NCBI RefSeq assembly: GCF_006345805.1
Contig: NC_043020.1
Span: forward strand, 4,650,001-4,714,000
Source: Octopus sinensis
Lineage: Eukaryota
Length of the DNA stretch: 64,000 bases
Direction: 5' to 3'
Positions 12,189 through 25,041 of the stretch are shown here, one piece after another; the stretch's first letter is position 1, and every line of letters starts with the position of its first letter. Below the pieces are notes generated by a model that saw only the letters and a program-made list of their open reading frames with translations, was not told the origin of the DNA and did not search any database. Made by a program: the position numbers and the translations under genes.

Positions 12189-14161
12189 GCACATGCATTG
12201 TCAGTGTTTATCTTTACACTGAAAGAAGTGGCTACGCTGGTTTGCAGCGTGGCGAGTTAGGTGAAGCTCAACTGTAAGGTAGGACGTTTGTTTTGGGGGA
12301 TTCAGTGGGGGTTTGTTGTTTGGTGTATATTTTTTTCAAGCAAGAAATCCTCACTGGATCCCGAGAATTTTTCTGTCTGCTGTTGGGTATTTTAATTTCC
12401 TTTAACACGAATTATTTTGGGGGCATACCCCGCCTCCAAATATTTGTAAAATTTGATTTTTTTAACTGTTCCTGTTGCTACCTGTTGATAGTTGTCGGAA
12501 GACTTGTGGATTGTTTTGGGAGGTATCCAGCCGCCAAAAACTTATGAATTTGTTCCTGTTGTGGTGTGGCGACCAGTTAGGGCTGGAGTACATTCATGGT
12601 CGGAAGATTTTGTGTCTGCTGTGTTCAATCTGTTTCTGAACTGTTTCCTCTCATCCTGCCTTTGAACTTTCCTTGAACTCTTTTTTCAGGAATATGGCAG
12701 AAAAAAAGACACTGTTCTGGAGTGGGAGATTGTCCCGCCCAAAGAGTGGTTAAAAGACTTAGAGGAAAGGACGGTTATGTTGAGGATATATTCAAAGTCA
12801 CTCGACACCATCGCCGTCTTTCCCAAAATCGAGATAGAAAAAGAGTTGGCAGAGCATCTAGGGGTGTCAAGTATTCAACGGTATGGCTGCTATCTGATAC
12901 CCCTGTGGTGGCTCGTAGGTTTGCGAGCCAGCCCTTAGAGGGCAAGGAAATTTTGTTTCTTCCCACTTATTGTGGGAAAAAGTTGGCGAGAGCTTGGGTC
13001 GCAGATTGCCACCCGGGATGGAACCCAAATGGATAGAGGACACTATCCGCCGGGGTCTGGGTGGCAGCGGACCCAAGCTACTTAATGTCAAAATGTTACC
13101 AGCAGCTGATTGAGTTGGGTCAAAAGCTGTTTTGATCCTGTAGACCCAATCATCTAAAAATCTGTTGTTTCCAGATTTGCTAAGAATGGCTGGGAACAGG
13201 TATCCGGTAATGTTTGAGGGACGCCTCCCCAAGTGCCACCTGTGCCTAGCCACATTATAAAGAACTGTCCCCAGGACCAGAGCAAGGTCCTAGAACAGTT
13301 AGTGGCAAAAGAGTCGACCCCTCCCCAGTTGGAGGGAGAGATGGAAATGGTCGAGAAGGTGAAAACCTCCCCAAAAAGGCTGTAAAAGGAAGAAGGTTGG
13401 CAACCACTGTTGCCCACCGAAGGATCCTGAGGCTACGGGAGGGAAGGAAGACCTTCCGGATAAGGTGGAGGAACTCCACCCTCCAGTGGTACAAGGAAAG
13501 AAAAAAGAAGAAAACCGGGACATTGCCGGCGGTTAGTAATATACTACCAGCGTGTCCCGAAACCCCGTCGGTGGAAATTGTGCCACCGACGGAAGAAAAT
13601 GTGGCCCCTTCCTATTCGATGGACGAGAAATTTATAATCCTCTACACAAGGGAGGGGCTTTAGAGAACTGTTAACAAAAAAAAGGCCGGGGGGAAGGGGT
13701 TCTATCCTGCACTGAGAACCCTGATTAGCCTCCGCAAGTAGCTGCAGAGGTTAAAAGGGAAACCGACTTGTGCAGGATAATGAACTCCTTCCCCGAGGAT
13801 ATATTTAAATTCATACTAAAGTGTCCCGACTTAGCACCATCGAGGTGCTTGAATAAGGCAGTGTGCCTTGTCGGGCATAGATGTAAGAGGCTTTAAGGCC
13901 TCGAGTTGTGACTTTTGGGGGAAAAAAGTTTAGAGGCTTAGTGCCTCATTTTGTAAGGACGTTGAGCACATTTTGGAATTAATATAAAAGGTTCATCACC
14001 TCATTTGTGATGAACAATGTTTTCGGGAGGCAGCGATCGGCGGGCGTCCTTTGTCTTCCCCCATTAATATCATCTATTTGTTTTCATTGATCTCATTTTT
14101 GTATATTGTCCAGCCAGCAATTGCTTCTGTATAAAGCCCTTGTGGCTAATTTTATGAAATA
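12189..14161 (+). mobile_element. ORF1-only Tx1-like element E2 (decayed ORF1 from 12694), paralog of E1
   Basis: Same motifs (SRGVKYSTVWL, LPTYCGKKL, GRLPKCHLC); homologous 5' and 3' UTRs; flanked by 14-bp TSD. Confidence 0.75.
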
Positions 14162-14399
14162 AAGAAGCTTGCTTCAGAACCACATGTTTCCGGGTTCAAT
14201 CTCGCTGCGTGGCATCTTGGGCAAGGGTCTTCTACTATAGCCTCGGTCCGATTAAAGCCTTGTGAGTGGATTTGGTAGACTGAAACTGAAAGAAGCCCAT
14301 TGTATATGTATGTGTGTGAGTTTGTGTCTGTGTTTGTCGCTTGACACCAATGTTGGTATGTTCACGTCCCCATAATTTCGTGGGTCGGCTAAAGAGCTC

Positions 14400-14990
14400 G
14401 ATAGTATAATTTGTAGGCTTACGAAGATAAAAGTCCGGGAGTCGATTTACATACATGTCTTGAGGCACGATATAGCTGCAAAGACTATTCGAGATATTAT
14501 CCACAGGAAGGATGACTCTGGCATATTCATCAAACGCCTGTCAAAAACAAACAGGTATCCACACCTATAAAAATAATACTGGTGGAACGTCCCAAATCAA
14601 TTCGATGAAAACATAACACACTTGATATTGTTCTGTGGGACAGGGAACAACAGTTATGCACTGTTGCGGAGGTCAGCTGCCCAGCGGTTGTCAACGTACA
14701 ATCAAAAGTCCGGGAAAAAGAAAACATTTATGGCGAATCAATGCGGGACTTACAGCTCTTGTAGCCTGACTATAAATTCTCATGTGTACCTATCATCATA
14801 GGTGCATTAGATTATGTACCCACAAATTGGCACAAAACATAGGGACACTCGTTTCATGGAAAAAGAGCAAAACAAACTGATGCGGGTTCTCCAAATCCAA
14901 TCTATTAGTGACACAGTGGAGATCTGTACGACATTCCAGAAATTCCCCATGTGAGATTCTTATGTGAATAGATGCACACACTTAGGTGTA
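14400..14990 (+). pseudogene. Decayed RLE-LINE C-terminal fragment
   Basis: Translation HLDIVLWDREQQLCTVAEVSCPA...KEN.Y...VPIIIGALD. Confidence 0.6.
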
Positions 14991-15617
14991 TGCATGGACA
15001 GTTCAAACAACACACTGACACAAACATATTTTCAAACACCGAGAAATTTTTTTAACTCAAAAAGTATTGTCGCTTCATTAGATGCCAGCTTCAACTCAGC
15101 GCTTCCCTACGTTTTTAGTAATCATCATAATTCAAAATGTATTAACTAAACTCAACTCAACTGTTAGTCAATACATTTTCAAATCTGAGGAGGATTACTA
15201 CGAATGTATGAAAGTGCTACTTGAACTTTATGAACATTACTAATATTTTTTTAATGATTAATACACTTTCTAAAGAAATATTTGTTTTAAATACAATAAC
15301 AAAAAAAAACGTGAAAACCAGACCACGTTGTTAATTTATTCAACAGATATATTATACTATACATATTTATACAAATTCGGAAAAAAAAAATATATATATA
15401 TATAAGATACAATATAGTTTGAAACAGCCATTTAATGTAGTTATAAGAGCGGATAAATTGCTCTTTGCTAATCGTTCCGGTTCTCTAGGAATGTGGTTCA
15501 TATAGGCATCAAGTTTGCTCTAATTTTCTGCCCTTTGTTAATAAATAAAACGCTCATGCTACATTTAGTTGTATTTATTTCGAGCTTCATTTTTATCCTT
15601 CATTTTCAGCAACAAAC

Positions 15618-15688
15618 AGGTTGTGATTCGTCCTGGAGTGAAGGAAGTTTATTAGAGCCGCCTACAACTCCACCAATATATGAGCCAC
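15618..15688 (-). CDS. Possible upstream host exon (GSYIGGVVGGSNKLPSLQDESQP)
   Basis: TGTAG acceptor, weak GTTTGT donor; ends in phase 0, compatible with the 10053 acceptor. Confidence 0.3.
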
Positions 15689-15775
15689 CTACAATTACAT
15701 AAATGTGTTGAGTGGGAAGTTATATATCTTTATATATATAAAACTGAGAATGTGTGTCTGTCTGTCTGTGTGTTT

Positions 15776-16066
15776 CCCTAAAACTTGAGAACTACTCAAC
15801 CAATTTCATTCAAATTTTAGACATGCCTTACTTAGGGTCCGGGGAGTGTCATCGGCAAAAAACATTTTGAACTTTTTGTCTAGGGCGAGCCCACAGCAAT
15901 ATCATATCTTCTCCACTACGATTCCCTAAAACTTGAGAACTACACAACCAATTCCATTCAAATTTTATACATGCTTTACTTAGGGTCCATGTAGTTTCAT
16001 GGGTAAAAAAAATTTTCAACTTCTTGCCTAGAGCGAGCCCATAGCAATATCATATCTTCTCCACTA
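15776..16066 (+). repeat. Two-copy ~148-bp direct repeat inside the Helitron-like 5' part
   Basis: CCCTAAAACTTGAGAACTAC...CATATCTTCTCCACTA at 15776 and 15924. Confidence 0.9.
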
Positions 16067-16299
16067 TTTCAGTATTACGTGTTAAAAGTGAAACAAAAAC
16101 GTTTCTCTATTTTATGTCAGATACTTTCACTTTAACAATAAAAATAATAATAACAATTGAATTATATGTAGTAAGTAATAATTAAAATCAAACTAAATTA
16201 TAATATAATCGTAACATAACAAAAGTAAAAATAGCAATTGGTATAAAATTGCATCAATGATTTGAACTTGAATAAGTGGTTTCACATGAATGGGAATAA

Positions 16300-16419
16300 A
16301 TTAAAAATAAAATTAGCGTGCAGAAATGGGATAGTCCAGATAGATAATAAAAAATTAAATCAAAGAAAAGACTATTGTCTATAAAGTATACAATGTAGAG
16401 AAAAAAGGAGATTCGAACA
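16300..16419 (+). pseudogene. Left half of the interrupted Tx1-type ORF1 relic
   Basis: KEKTIVYKVYNVEKKGDSN aligns with KENKTVTYRTQDKSTKKLAR (type A) and KKRIIYKTYD (element C). Confidence 0.6.
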
Positions 16420-16558
16420 GCGTGTCGGAAATTTACCCACGTGTGTTGTTATCTGTGATTAGACGTTGAAATTTTGTTGTGTAAAGTGATTAATATCGCG
16501 CAAGGCATTTGCCTCCACGTTTGGAAACCTTCTGAAGAGGTGAATTGACCCTCTAGTC

Positions 16559-17946
16559 ATGGCGACTTACGCGGGGGTCACGGAAAAATAATAATGATTC
16601 GGCAATAATCGTGAAGGATGTTTTCTTTGAGAAAAGTAAAATCAAAGAATATGAAAAGCTATTCAAAGGGAGGGTGATAGCGTGAAGCTAATCCCCCCCG
16701 CGAAAGCAAAGGAGGACAAGGAAAACAAAACTGTAACGTATAGAACCCAGGACAAAAGTACAAAGAAACTGGCAAGAGTGGAGATAGCAGAGATCGAAAA
16801 ATGTCTGGGAGACATAATGGATAAATCGACCTACGTGAGTAGAGGAAAAAATTTGGTACGGTGGAGGTGAGATGTGCAACGGAAGAAATTGCAGCCTCAC
16901 TGGCTACCACTGTTCTAAGAGCGGAAACATTTATAATGTGGCCCTCATACAAGGGAAGAAGAGGGGTCCGGGTTAAAATCCCGAATATACCCCCAGAAGT
17001 AAAAACAGAATGGCTGGCAACAGCTATTCTAGGAGCAGCAGAAGAGGAAGTGGAGGTGGAATCCTTTAAGGAGTCCAACGCAGTAAATTGGAGAGGATAT
17101 GGGGTAGAACTGTGTTTGATGGCACAAAAGAGGACATTGAAAGGTTCCCCTATAGAATAGAAATCGAAGACGAGAAAACCCTCAGTGTAATTGTAGAGGG
17201 AAGAAAGCCAAACTGCTACTTGTGCGGGACAAGGGGGCACATTAAAAAAGAGTGCCCGTTATATGAATTCATGGCGGAGTATGAGAAGGAAAATGAGAAA
17301 AGAAGAATACGGGAAATGAAAAAGAAAACATAGAAAAGGAGACAAACAACAAGAGAAAGGAAATAATAAGTCAACGAAGGAAAAAGAAATAAAAGAAAAG
17401 AAAGAAATAGAACCAAAACAGAGTCAGGAAAAGAAAAGAAAAAGAAACAAAACAGGAAAAAACAAGAGAGAGAACAGAACCAAACGAAAAGAAAAGACGG
17501 CACACAAAAAGAAAAAGAAAAGAACATAAACACGAGAGAAAGAGAGAACAGACAAAGAACCAAAAGACAAGAGAAGGAAGAAGAAAGAAAAGAAGGCAAA
17601 AAGAGAGAAGAGAGAAACAAAGAGAGGAGAACAAGGAAGAAATAAGCCCGAAAAGAAAACGAGAGAAAACGTAGGACGGAAACAAGATTACTACAAGTTA
17701 ATAACCTTCCATTTCAGCCCCGAAATGAAGGAATTGACATGTAGTATGGAGGGACATGTGTGGGTCAACAGGATGACTGATCAGTGGCAGGAGACTGCTC
17801 TGATCCCCGAAGAAAGAGTCGCTGAGTTCCTCAGAGCAGCTGGAGAGAGTGTAATTTTTTACACGGGTGTTCGAGTGAAAGAGCGGCTGCCTGAGGGCTC
17901 AGTGATTGACTTTAGAGACTTGAAAAGTATTATGGAATACGTGTGA
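16559..17946 (+). CDS. Type A ORF1, copy A1 (frameshifted as assembled)
   Basis: MATY start, CYLCGTRGHIKKEC knuckle, C-terminal ...DLKSIMEYV*. Confidence 0.7.
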
Positions 17947-18329
17947 GATTGTGAGAGGAGAGAGAAGAAAGAAGAGAAAAAGAAAAAAAAAAATGTGAAC
18001 TATAGGTGACGAAAATGTAACCTCTCGATTCCGGGGATCGAGTGGGCATTTGCATCTCATTGTAAATATTCTTTCATTTGTCATTTTTATTTTTATTTTT
18101 TCCCTTCTTGTCATTTCGCTTTCTTATTTTAAGTTCCCCGATTGTATTGTCCCCTCTATGTTCGCCCCTTGTGGGTAGTAATAAAATCAGCGTGTCGGAA
18201 ATTTACCCACGTGTGTTGTTATCTGTGATTAGACGTTGAAATTTTGTTGTGTAAAGTGATTAATATCGCGCAAGGCATTTGCCTCCACGTTTGGAAACCT
18301 TCTGAAGAAGGTGAATTGACCCTCTAGTC

Positions 18330-19720
18330 ATGGCGACTTACGGGGGTCACGGGAAAGAATAATAATGATTCGGCAATAATCGTGAAGGATGTTTTCTTTG
18401 AGAAAAGTAAAATCAAAGAATATGAAAAGCTATTCAAAAGGGAGGGTGATAGCGTGAAGCTAATCCCCCCCGCGAAAGCAAAGGAGGACAAGGAAAACAA
18501 AACTGTAACGTATAGAACCCAGGACAAAAGTACAAAGAAACTGGCAAGAGTGGAGATAGCAGAGATCGAAAAATGTCTGGGAGACATAATGGATAAATCG
18601 ACCTACGTGAGTAGAGGAAAAAATTTGGTACGGTGGAGGTGAGATGTGCAACGGAAGAAATTGCAGCCTCACTGGCTACCACTGTTCTAAGAGCGGAAAC
18701 ATTTATAATGTGGCCCTCATACAAGGGAAGAAGAGGGGTCCGGGTTAAAATCCCGAATATACCCCCAGAAGTAAAAACAGAATGGCTGGCAACAGCTATT
18801 CTAGAGCAGCAGAAGAGGAAGTGGAGGTGGAATCCTTTAAGGAGTCCAACGCAGTAAATTGGAGAGGATATGGGGTAGAACTGTGTTTGATGGCCACAAA
18901 AGAGACATTGAAAGGTTCCCCTATAGAATAGAAATCGAAGACGAGAAAACCCTCAGTGTAATTGTAGAGGGAAGAAAGCCAAACTGCTACTTGTGCGGGA
19001 CAAGGGGGCACATTAAAAAGAGTGCCCGTTATATGAATTCATGGCGGAGTATGAGAAGGAAAATGAAGAAAGAAGAATACGGGAAATGAAAAAGAAAACA
19101 TAGAAAAGGAGACAAAACAACAAGAGAAAGGAAATAATAAGTCAACGAAGGAAAAAGAAATAAAAGAAAAGAAAGAAATAGAACCAAACAGAGTCAGGAA
19201 AAGAAAAAGGAAAAGAAACAACAGGAAAAAAACAAGAGAGAGAACAGAACCAAACGAAAAGAAAAGACGGCACACAAAAAGAAAAAGAAAAGGAACATAA
19301 AACACGAGAGAAAGAGAGAACAGACAAAGAACCAAAAGACAAGAGAAGGAAGAAGAAAGAAAAGAAGGCAAAAAGAGAGAAAGAGAGAAACAAAGAGAGG
19401 AGAACAAGGAAGAAATAAGCCCGAAAAGAAAAACGAGAGAAAACGTAGGACGGAAACAAGATTACTACAAGTTAATAACCTTCCATTCCAGCCCCGAAAT
19501 GAAGGAATTGACATGTAGTATGGAGGGACATGTGTGGGTCAACAGGATGACTGATCAGTGGCAGGAGACTGCTCTGATCCCCGAAGAAAGAGTCGCTGAG
19601 TTCCTCAGAGCAGCTGGAGAGAGTGTAATTTTTTACACGGGTGTTCGAGTGAAAGAGCGGCTGCCTGAGGGCTCAGTGATTGACTTTAGAGACTTGAAAA
19701 GTATTATGGAATACGTGTGA
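18330..19720 (+). CDS. Type A ORF1, copy A2 (frameshifted as assembled)
   Basis: Same protein in pieces across frames. Confidence 0.7.
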
Positions 19721-20104
19721 GATTGTGAGAGGAGAGAGAAGAAAGAAGAGAAAAAAGAAAAAAAAAATTGTGAACTATAGGTGACGAAAATGTAACCTCT
19801 CGATTCCGGGGATCGAGTGGGCATTTGCATCTCATTGTAAATATTCTTTCATTTGTCATTTTTATTTTTATTTTTTCCCTTCTTGTCATTTCGCTTTCTT
19901 ATTTTAAGTTCCCCGATTGTATTGTCCCCTCTATGTTCGCCCCTTGTGGGTAGTAATAAAATCAGCGTGTCGGAAATTTACCCACGTGTGTTGTTATCTG
20001 TGATTAGACGTTGAAATTTTGTTGTGTAAAGTGATTAATATCGCGCAAGGCATTTGCCTCCACGTTTGGAAACCTTCTGAAGAAGGTGAATTGACCCTCT
20101 AGTC

Positions 20105-21489
20105 ATGGCGACTTACGCGGGGGTCACGGGAAAGAATAATAATGATTCGGCAATAATCGTGAAGGATGTTTTCTTTGAGAAAAGTAAAATCAAAGAATAT
20201 GAAAAGCTATTCAAAAGGGAGGGTGATAGCGTGAAGCTAATCCCCCCCGCGAAAGCAAAGGAGGACAAGGAAAACAAAACTGTAACGTATAGAACCCAGG
20301 ACAAAAGTACAAAGAAACTGGCAAGAGTGGAGATAGCAGAGATCGAAAAATGTCTGGGAGACATAATGGATAAATCGACCTACGTGAGTAGAGGAAAAAA
20401 TTTGGTACGGTGGAGGTGAGATGTGCAACGGAAGAAATTGCAGCCTCACTGGCTACCACTGTTCTAAGAGCGGAAACATTTATAATGTGGCCCTCATACA
20501 AGGGAAGAAGAGGGGTCCGGGTTAAAATCCCGAATATACCCCCAGAAGTAAAAACAGAATGGCTGGCAACAGCTATTCTAGGAGCAGCAGAAGAGGAAGT
20601 GGAGGTGGAATCCTTTAAGGAGTCCAACGCAGTAAATTGGAGAGGATATGGGGTAGAACTGTGTTTGATGGCCACAAAAGAGGACATTGAAAGGTTCCCC
20701 TATAGAATAGAAATCGAAGACGAGAAAACCCTCAGTGTAATTGTAGAGGGAAGAAAGCCAAACTGCTACTTGTGCGGGACAAGGGGGCACATTAAAAAGA
20801 GTGCCCGTTATATGAATTCATGGCGGAGTATGAGAAGGAAAATGAAGAAAAGAAGAATACGGAAATGAAAAAGAAAACATAGAAAAGGAGACAAAACAAC
20901 AAGAGAAGGAAAATAAGTCAACGAAGGAAAAAGAAATAAAAGAAAAGAAAGAATAGAACCAAAACAGAGTCAGGAAAAGAAAAAGGAAAAAGAAACAACA
21001 GGAAAAAAACAAGAGAGAAAGAACCAAACGAAAAGAAAAGACGGCACACAAAAAGAAAAAGAAAAGGAACATAAAACACGAGAGAAAGAGAGAACAGACA
21101 AAGAACCAAAAAGACAAGAGAAGGAAGAAGAAAGAAAAGAAGGCAAAAAGAGAGAAAGAGAGAAACAAAGAGAGAAACAAGGAAGAAATAAGCCCGAAAA
21201 GAAAACGAGAGAAAACGTAGGACGGAAACAAGATTACTACAAGTTAATAACCTTCCATTCCAGCCCCGAAATGAAGGAATTGACATGTAGTATGGAGGGA
21301 CATGTGTGGGTCAACAGGATGACTGATCAGTGGCAGGAGACTGCTCTGATCCCCGAAGAAGAGTCGCTGAGTTCCTCAGAGCAGCTGGAGAGAGTGTAAT
21401 TTTTTACACGGGTGTTCGAGTGAAAGAGCGGCTGCCTGAGGGCTCAGTGATTGACTTTAGAGACTTGAAAGTATTATGGAATACTGTGA
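20105..21489 (+). CDS. Type A ORF1, copy A3 (frameshifted as assembled)
   Basis: Same protein in pieces across frames. Confidence 0.7.
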
Positions 21490-21871
21490 GATTGTGAGAG
21501 GAGAGAGAAGAAAGAAGAGAAAAAAGAAAAAAAAATTGTGAACTATAGGTGACGAAAATGTAACCTCTCGATTCCGGGATCGAGTGGGCATTTGCATCTC
21601 ATTGTAAATATTCTTTCATTTGTCATTTTTATTTTTATTTTTTCCCTTCTTGTCATTTCGCTTTCTTATTTTAAGTTCCCCGATTGTATTGTCCCCTCTA
21701 TGTTCGCCCCTTGTGGGTAGTAATAAAATCAGCGTGTCGGAAATTTACCCACGTGTGTTGTTATCTGTGATTAGACGTTGAAATTTTGTTGTGTAAAGTG
21801 ATTAATATCGCGCAAGGCATTTGCCTCCACGTTTGGAAACCTTCTGAAGAAGGTGAATTGACCCTCTAGTC

Positions 21872-23262
21872 ATGGCGACTTACGCGGGGGTCACGGGAAA
21901 GAATAATAATGATTCGGCAATAATCGTGAAGGATGTTTTCTTTGAGAAAAGTAAAATCAAAGAATATGAAAAGCTATTCAAAAGGGAGGGTGATAGCGTG
22001 AAGCTAATCCCCCCCGCGAAAGCAAAGGAGGACAAGGAAAACAAAACTGTAACGTATAGAACCCAGGACAAAAGTACAAAGAAACTGGCAAGAGTGGAGA
22101 TAGCAGAGATCGAAAAATGTCTGGGAGACATAATGGATAAATCGACCTACGTGAGTAGAGGAAAAAAATTTGGTACGGTGGAGGTGAGATGTGCAACGGA
22201 AGAAATTGCAGCCTCACTGGCTACCACTGTTCTAAGAGCGGAAACATTTATAATGTGGCCCTCATACAAGGGAAGAAGAGGGGTCCGGGTTAAAATCCCG
22301 AATATACCCCCAGAAGTAAAAACAGAATGGCTGGCAACAGCTATTCTAGGAGCAGCAGAAGAGGAAGTGGAGGTGGAATCCTTTAAGGAGTCCAACGCAG
22401 TAAATTGGAGAGGATATGGGGTAGAACTGTGTTTGATGGCCACAAAAGAGGACATTGAAAGGTTCCCCTATAGAATAGAAATCGAAGACGAGAAAACCCT
22501 CAGTGTAATTGTAGAGGGAAGAAAGCCAAACTGCTACTTGTGCGGGACAAGGGGGCACATTAAAAAAGAGTGCCCGTTATATGAATTCATGGCGGAGTAT
22601 GAGAAGGAAATGAAGAAAAGAAGAATACGGGAAATGAAAAAGAAAACATAGAAAAGGAGACAAAACAACAAGAGAAAGGAAATAATAAGTCAACGAAGGA
22701 AAAAGAAATAAAAAAAGAAAGAAATAGAACCAAAACAGAGTCAGGAAAAGAAAAAGGAAAAAGAAACAACAGAAAAAAACAAGAGAGAGAACAGAACCAA
22801 ACGAAAAGAAAAGACGGGCACAAAAAGAAAAAGAAAAGGAACATAAAACACGAGAGAAAGAGAGAACAGACAAAGAACCAAAAAGACAAGAGAAGGAAGA
22901 AGAAAGAAAAGAAGGCAAAAAGAGAAAGAGAGAAACAAAGAGAGGAGAACAAGGAAGAAATAAGCCCGAAAAGAAAAACGAGAAACGTAGGACGGAAACA
23001 AGATTACTACAAGTTAATAACCTTCCATTCCAGCCCCGAAATGAAGGAATTGACATGTAGTATGGAGGGACATGTGTGGGTCAACAGGATGACTGATCAG
23101 TGGCAGGAGACTGCTCTGATCCCCGAAGAAAGAGTCGCTGAGTTCCTCAGAGCAGCTGGAGAGAGTGTAATTTTTTACACGGGTGTTCGAGTGAAAGAGC
23201 GGCTGCCTGAGGGCTCAGTGATTGACTTTAGAGACTTGAAAAGTATTATGGAATACGTGTGA
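21872..23262 (+). CDS. Type A ORF1, copy A4 (frameshifted as assembled)
   Basis: 259-aa N-terminal part intact through the CCHC knuckle. Confidence 0.7.
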
Positions 23263-23643
23263 GATTGTGAGAGAGAGAGAAGAAAGAAGAGAAAAAGAAA
23301 AAAAAATTGTGAACTATAGGTGACGAAAATGTAACCTCTCGATTCCGGGGATCGAGTGGGCATTTGCATCTCATTGTAAATATTCTTTCATTTGTCATTT
23401 TTATTTTTATTTTTTCCCTTCTTGTCATTTCGCTTTCTTATTTTAAGTTCCCCGATTGTATTGTCCCCTCTATGTTCGCCCCTTGTGGGTAGTAATAAAA
23501 TCAGCGTGTCGGAAATTTACCCACGTGTGTTGTTATCTGTGATTAGACGTTGAAATTTTGTTGTGTAAAGTGATTAATATCGCGCAAGGCATTTGCCTCC
23601 ACGTTTGGAAACCTTCTGAAGAAGGTGAATTGACCCTCTAGTC

Positions 23644-25041
23644 ATGGCGACTTACGCGGGGGTCACGGGAAAGAATAATAATGATTCGGCAATAATCGTG
23701 AAGGATGTTTTCTTTGAGAAAAGTAAATCAAAATATGAAAAGCTATTCAAAAGGGAGGGTGATAGCGTGAAGCTAATCCCCCCCGCGAAAGCAAAGGAGG
23801 ACAAGGAAAACAAAACTGTAACGTATAGAACCCAGGACAAAAGTACAAAGAAACTGGCAAGAGTGGAGATAGCAGAGATCGAAAAATGTCTGGGAGACAT
23901 AATGGATAAATCGACCTACGTGAGTAGAGGAAAAAAATTGGTACGGTGGAGGTGAGATGTGCAACGGAAGAAATTGCAGCCTCACTGGCTACCACTGTTC
24001 TAAGAGCGGAAACATTTATAATGTGGCCCTCATACAAGGGAAGAAGAGGGGTCCGGGTTAAAATCCCGAATATACCCCCAGAAGTAAAACAGAATGGCTG
24101 GCAACAGCTATTCTAGGAGCAGCAGAAGAGGAAGTGGAGGTGGAATCCTTTAAGGAGTCCAACGCAGTAAATTGGAGAGGATATGGGGTAGAACTGTGTT
24201 TGATGGCCACAAAAGAGGACATTGAAAGGTTCCCCTATAGAATAGAAATCGAAGACGAGAAAACCCTCAGTGTAATTGTAGAGGGAAGAAAGCCAAACTG
24301 CTACTTGTGCGGGACAAGGGGGCACATTAAAAAAAGTGCCCGTTATATGAATTCATGGCGGAGTATGAGAGGAAAATGAAGAAAAGAAGAATAGGGAATG
24401 AAAAAAAAAAAAAAGAAAACATAGAAAAGAGACAAAACAACAAGAGAAAGGAAATAATAAGTCAACGAAGGAAAAAGAAATAAAAGAAAAGAAAGAAATA
24501 GAACCAAAACAGAGTCAGGAAAAGAAAAAGGAAAAAGAAACAACAGGAAAAAAACAAGAGAGAGAACAGAACCAAACGAAAAGAAAAGACGGCACACAAA
24601 AAGAAAAAGAAAAGGAACATAAAACACGAGAGAAAGAGAGAACAGACAAAGAACCAAAAAGACAAGAGAAGGAAGAAGAAAGAAAAGAAGGCAAAAAGAG
24701 AGAAAGAGAGAAACAAAGAGAGGAGAACAAGGAAGAAATAAGCCCGAAAAGAAAAACGAGAGAAAACGTAGGACGGAAACAAGATTACTACAAGTTAATA
24801 ACCTTCCATTCCAGCCCCGAAATGAAGGAATTGACATGTAGTATGGAGGGACATGTGTGGGTCAACAGGATGACTGATCAGTGGCAGGAGACTGCTCTGA
24901 TCCCCGAAGAAAGAGTCGCTGAGTTCCTCAGAGCAGCTGGAGAGAGTAATTTTTTACACGGGTGTTCGAGTGAAAGAGCGGCTGCCTGAGGGCTCAGTGA
25001 TTGACTTTAGAGACTTGAAAAGTATTATGGAATACGTGTGA
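23644..25041 (+). CDS. Type A ORF1, copy A5 (frameshifted as assembled)
   Basis: Same protein in pieces across frames. Confidence 0.7.

Larger units (their letters stand above)
10095..14310 (+). mobile_element. tRNA-derived SINE split by two insertions (head 10095-10128, remainder 14162-14310)
   Basis: A-box-like TGGCTGTGTGG at 10102; B-box GGTTCAATCTC at 14193-14203; the halves join across AAGAAGCTYGCTTC. Confidence 0.85.

Noticed and set aside
12680-12696. Polypyrimidine-CAG acceptor just before the E2 ATG, suggesting a 5' UTR intron
   Set aside because: Not clearly conserved in E1, and an intron would be lost on retrotransposition
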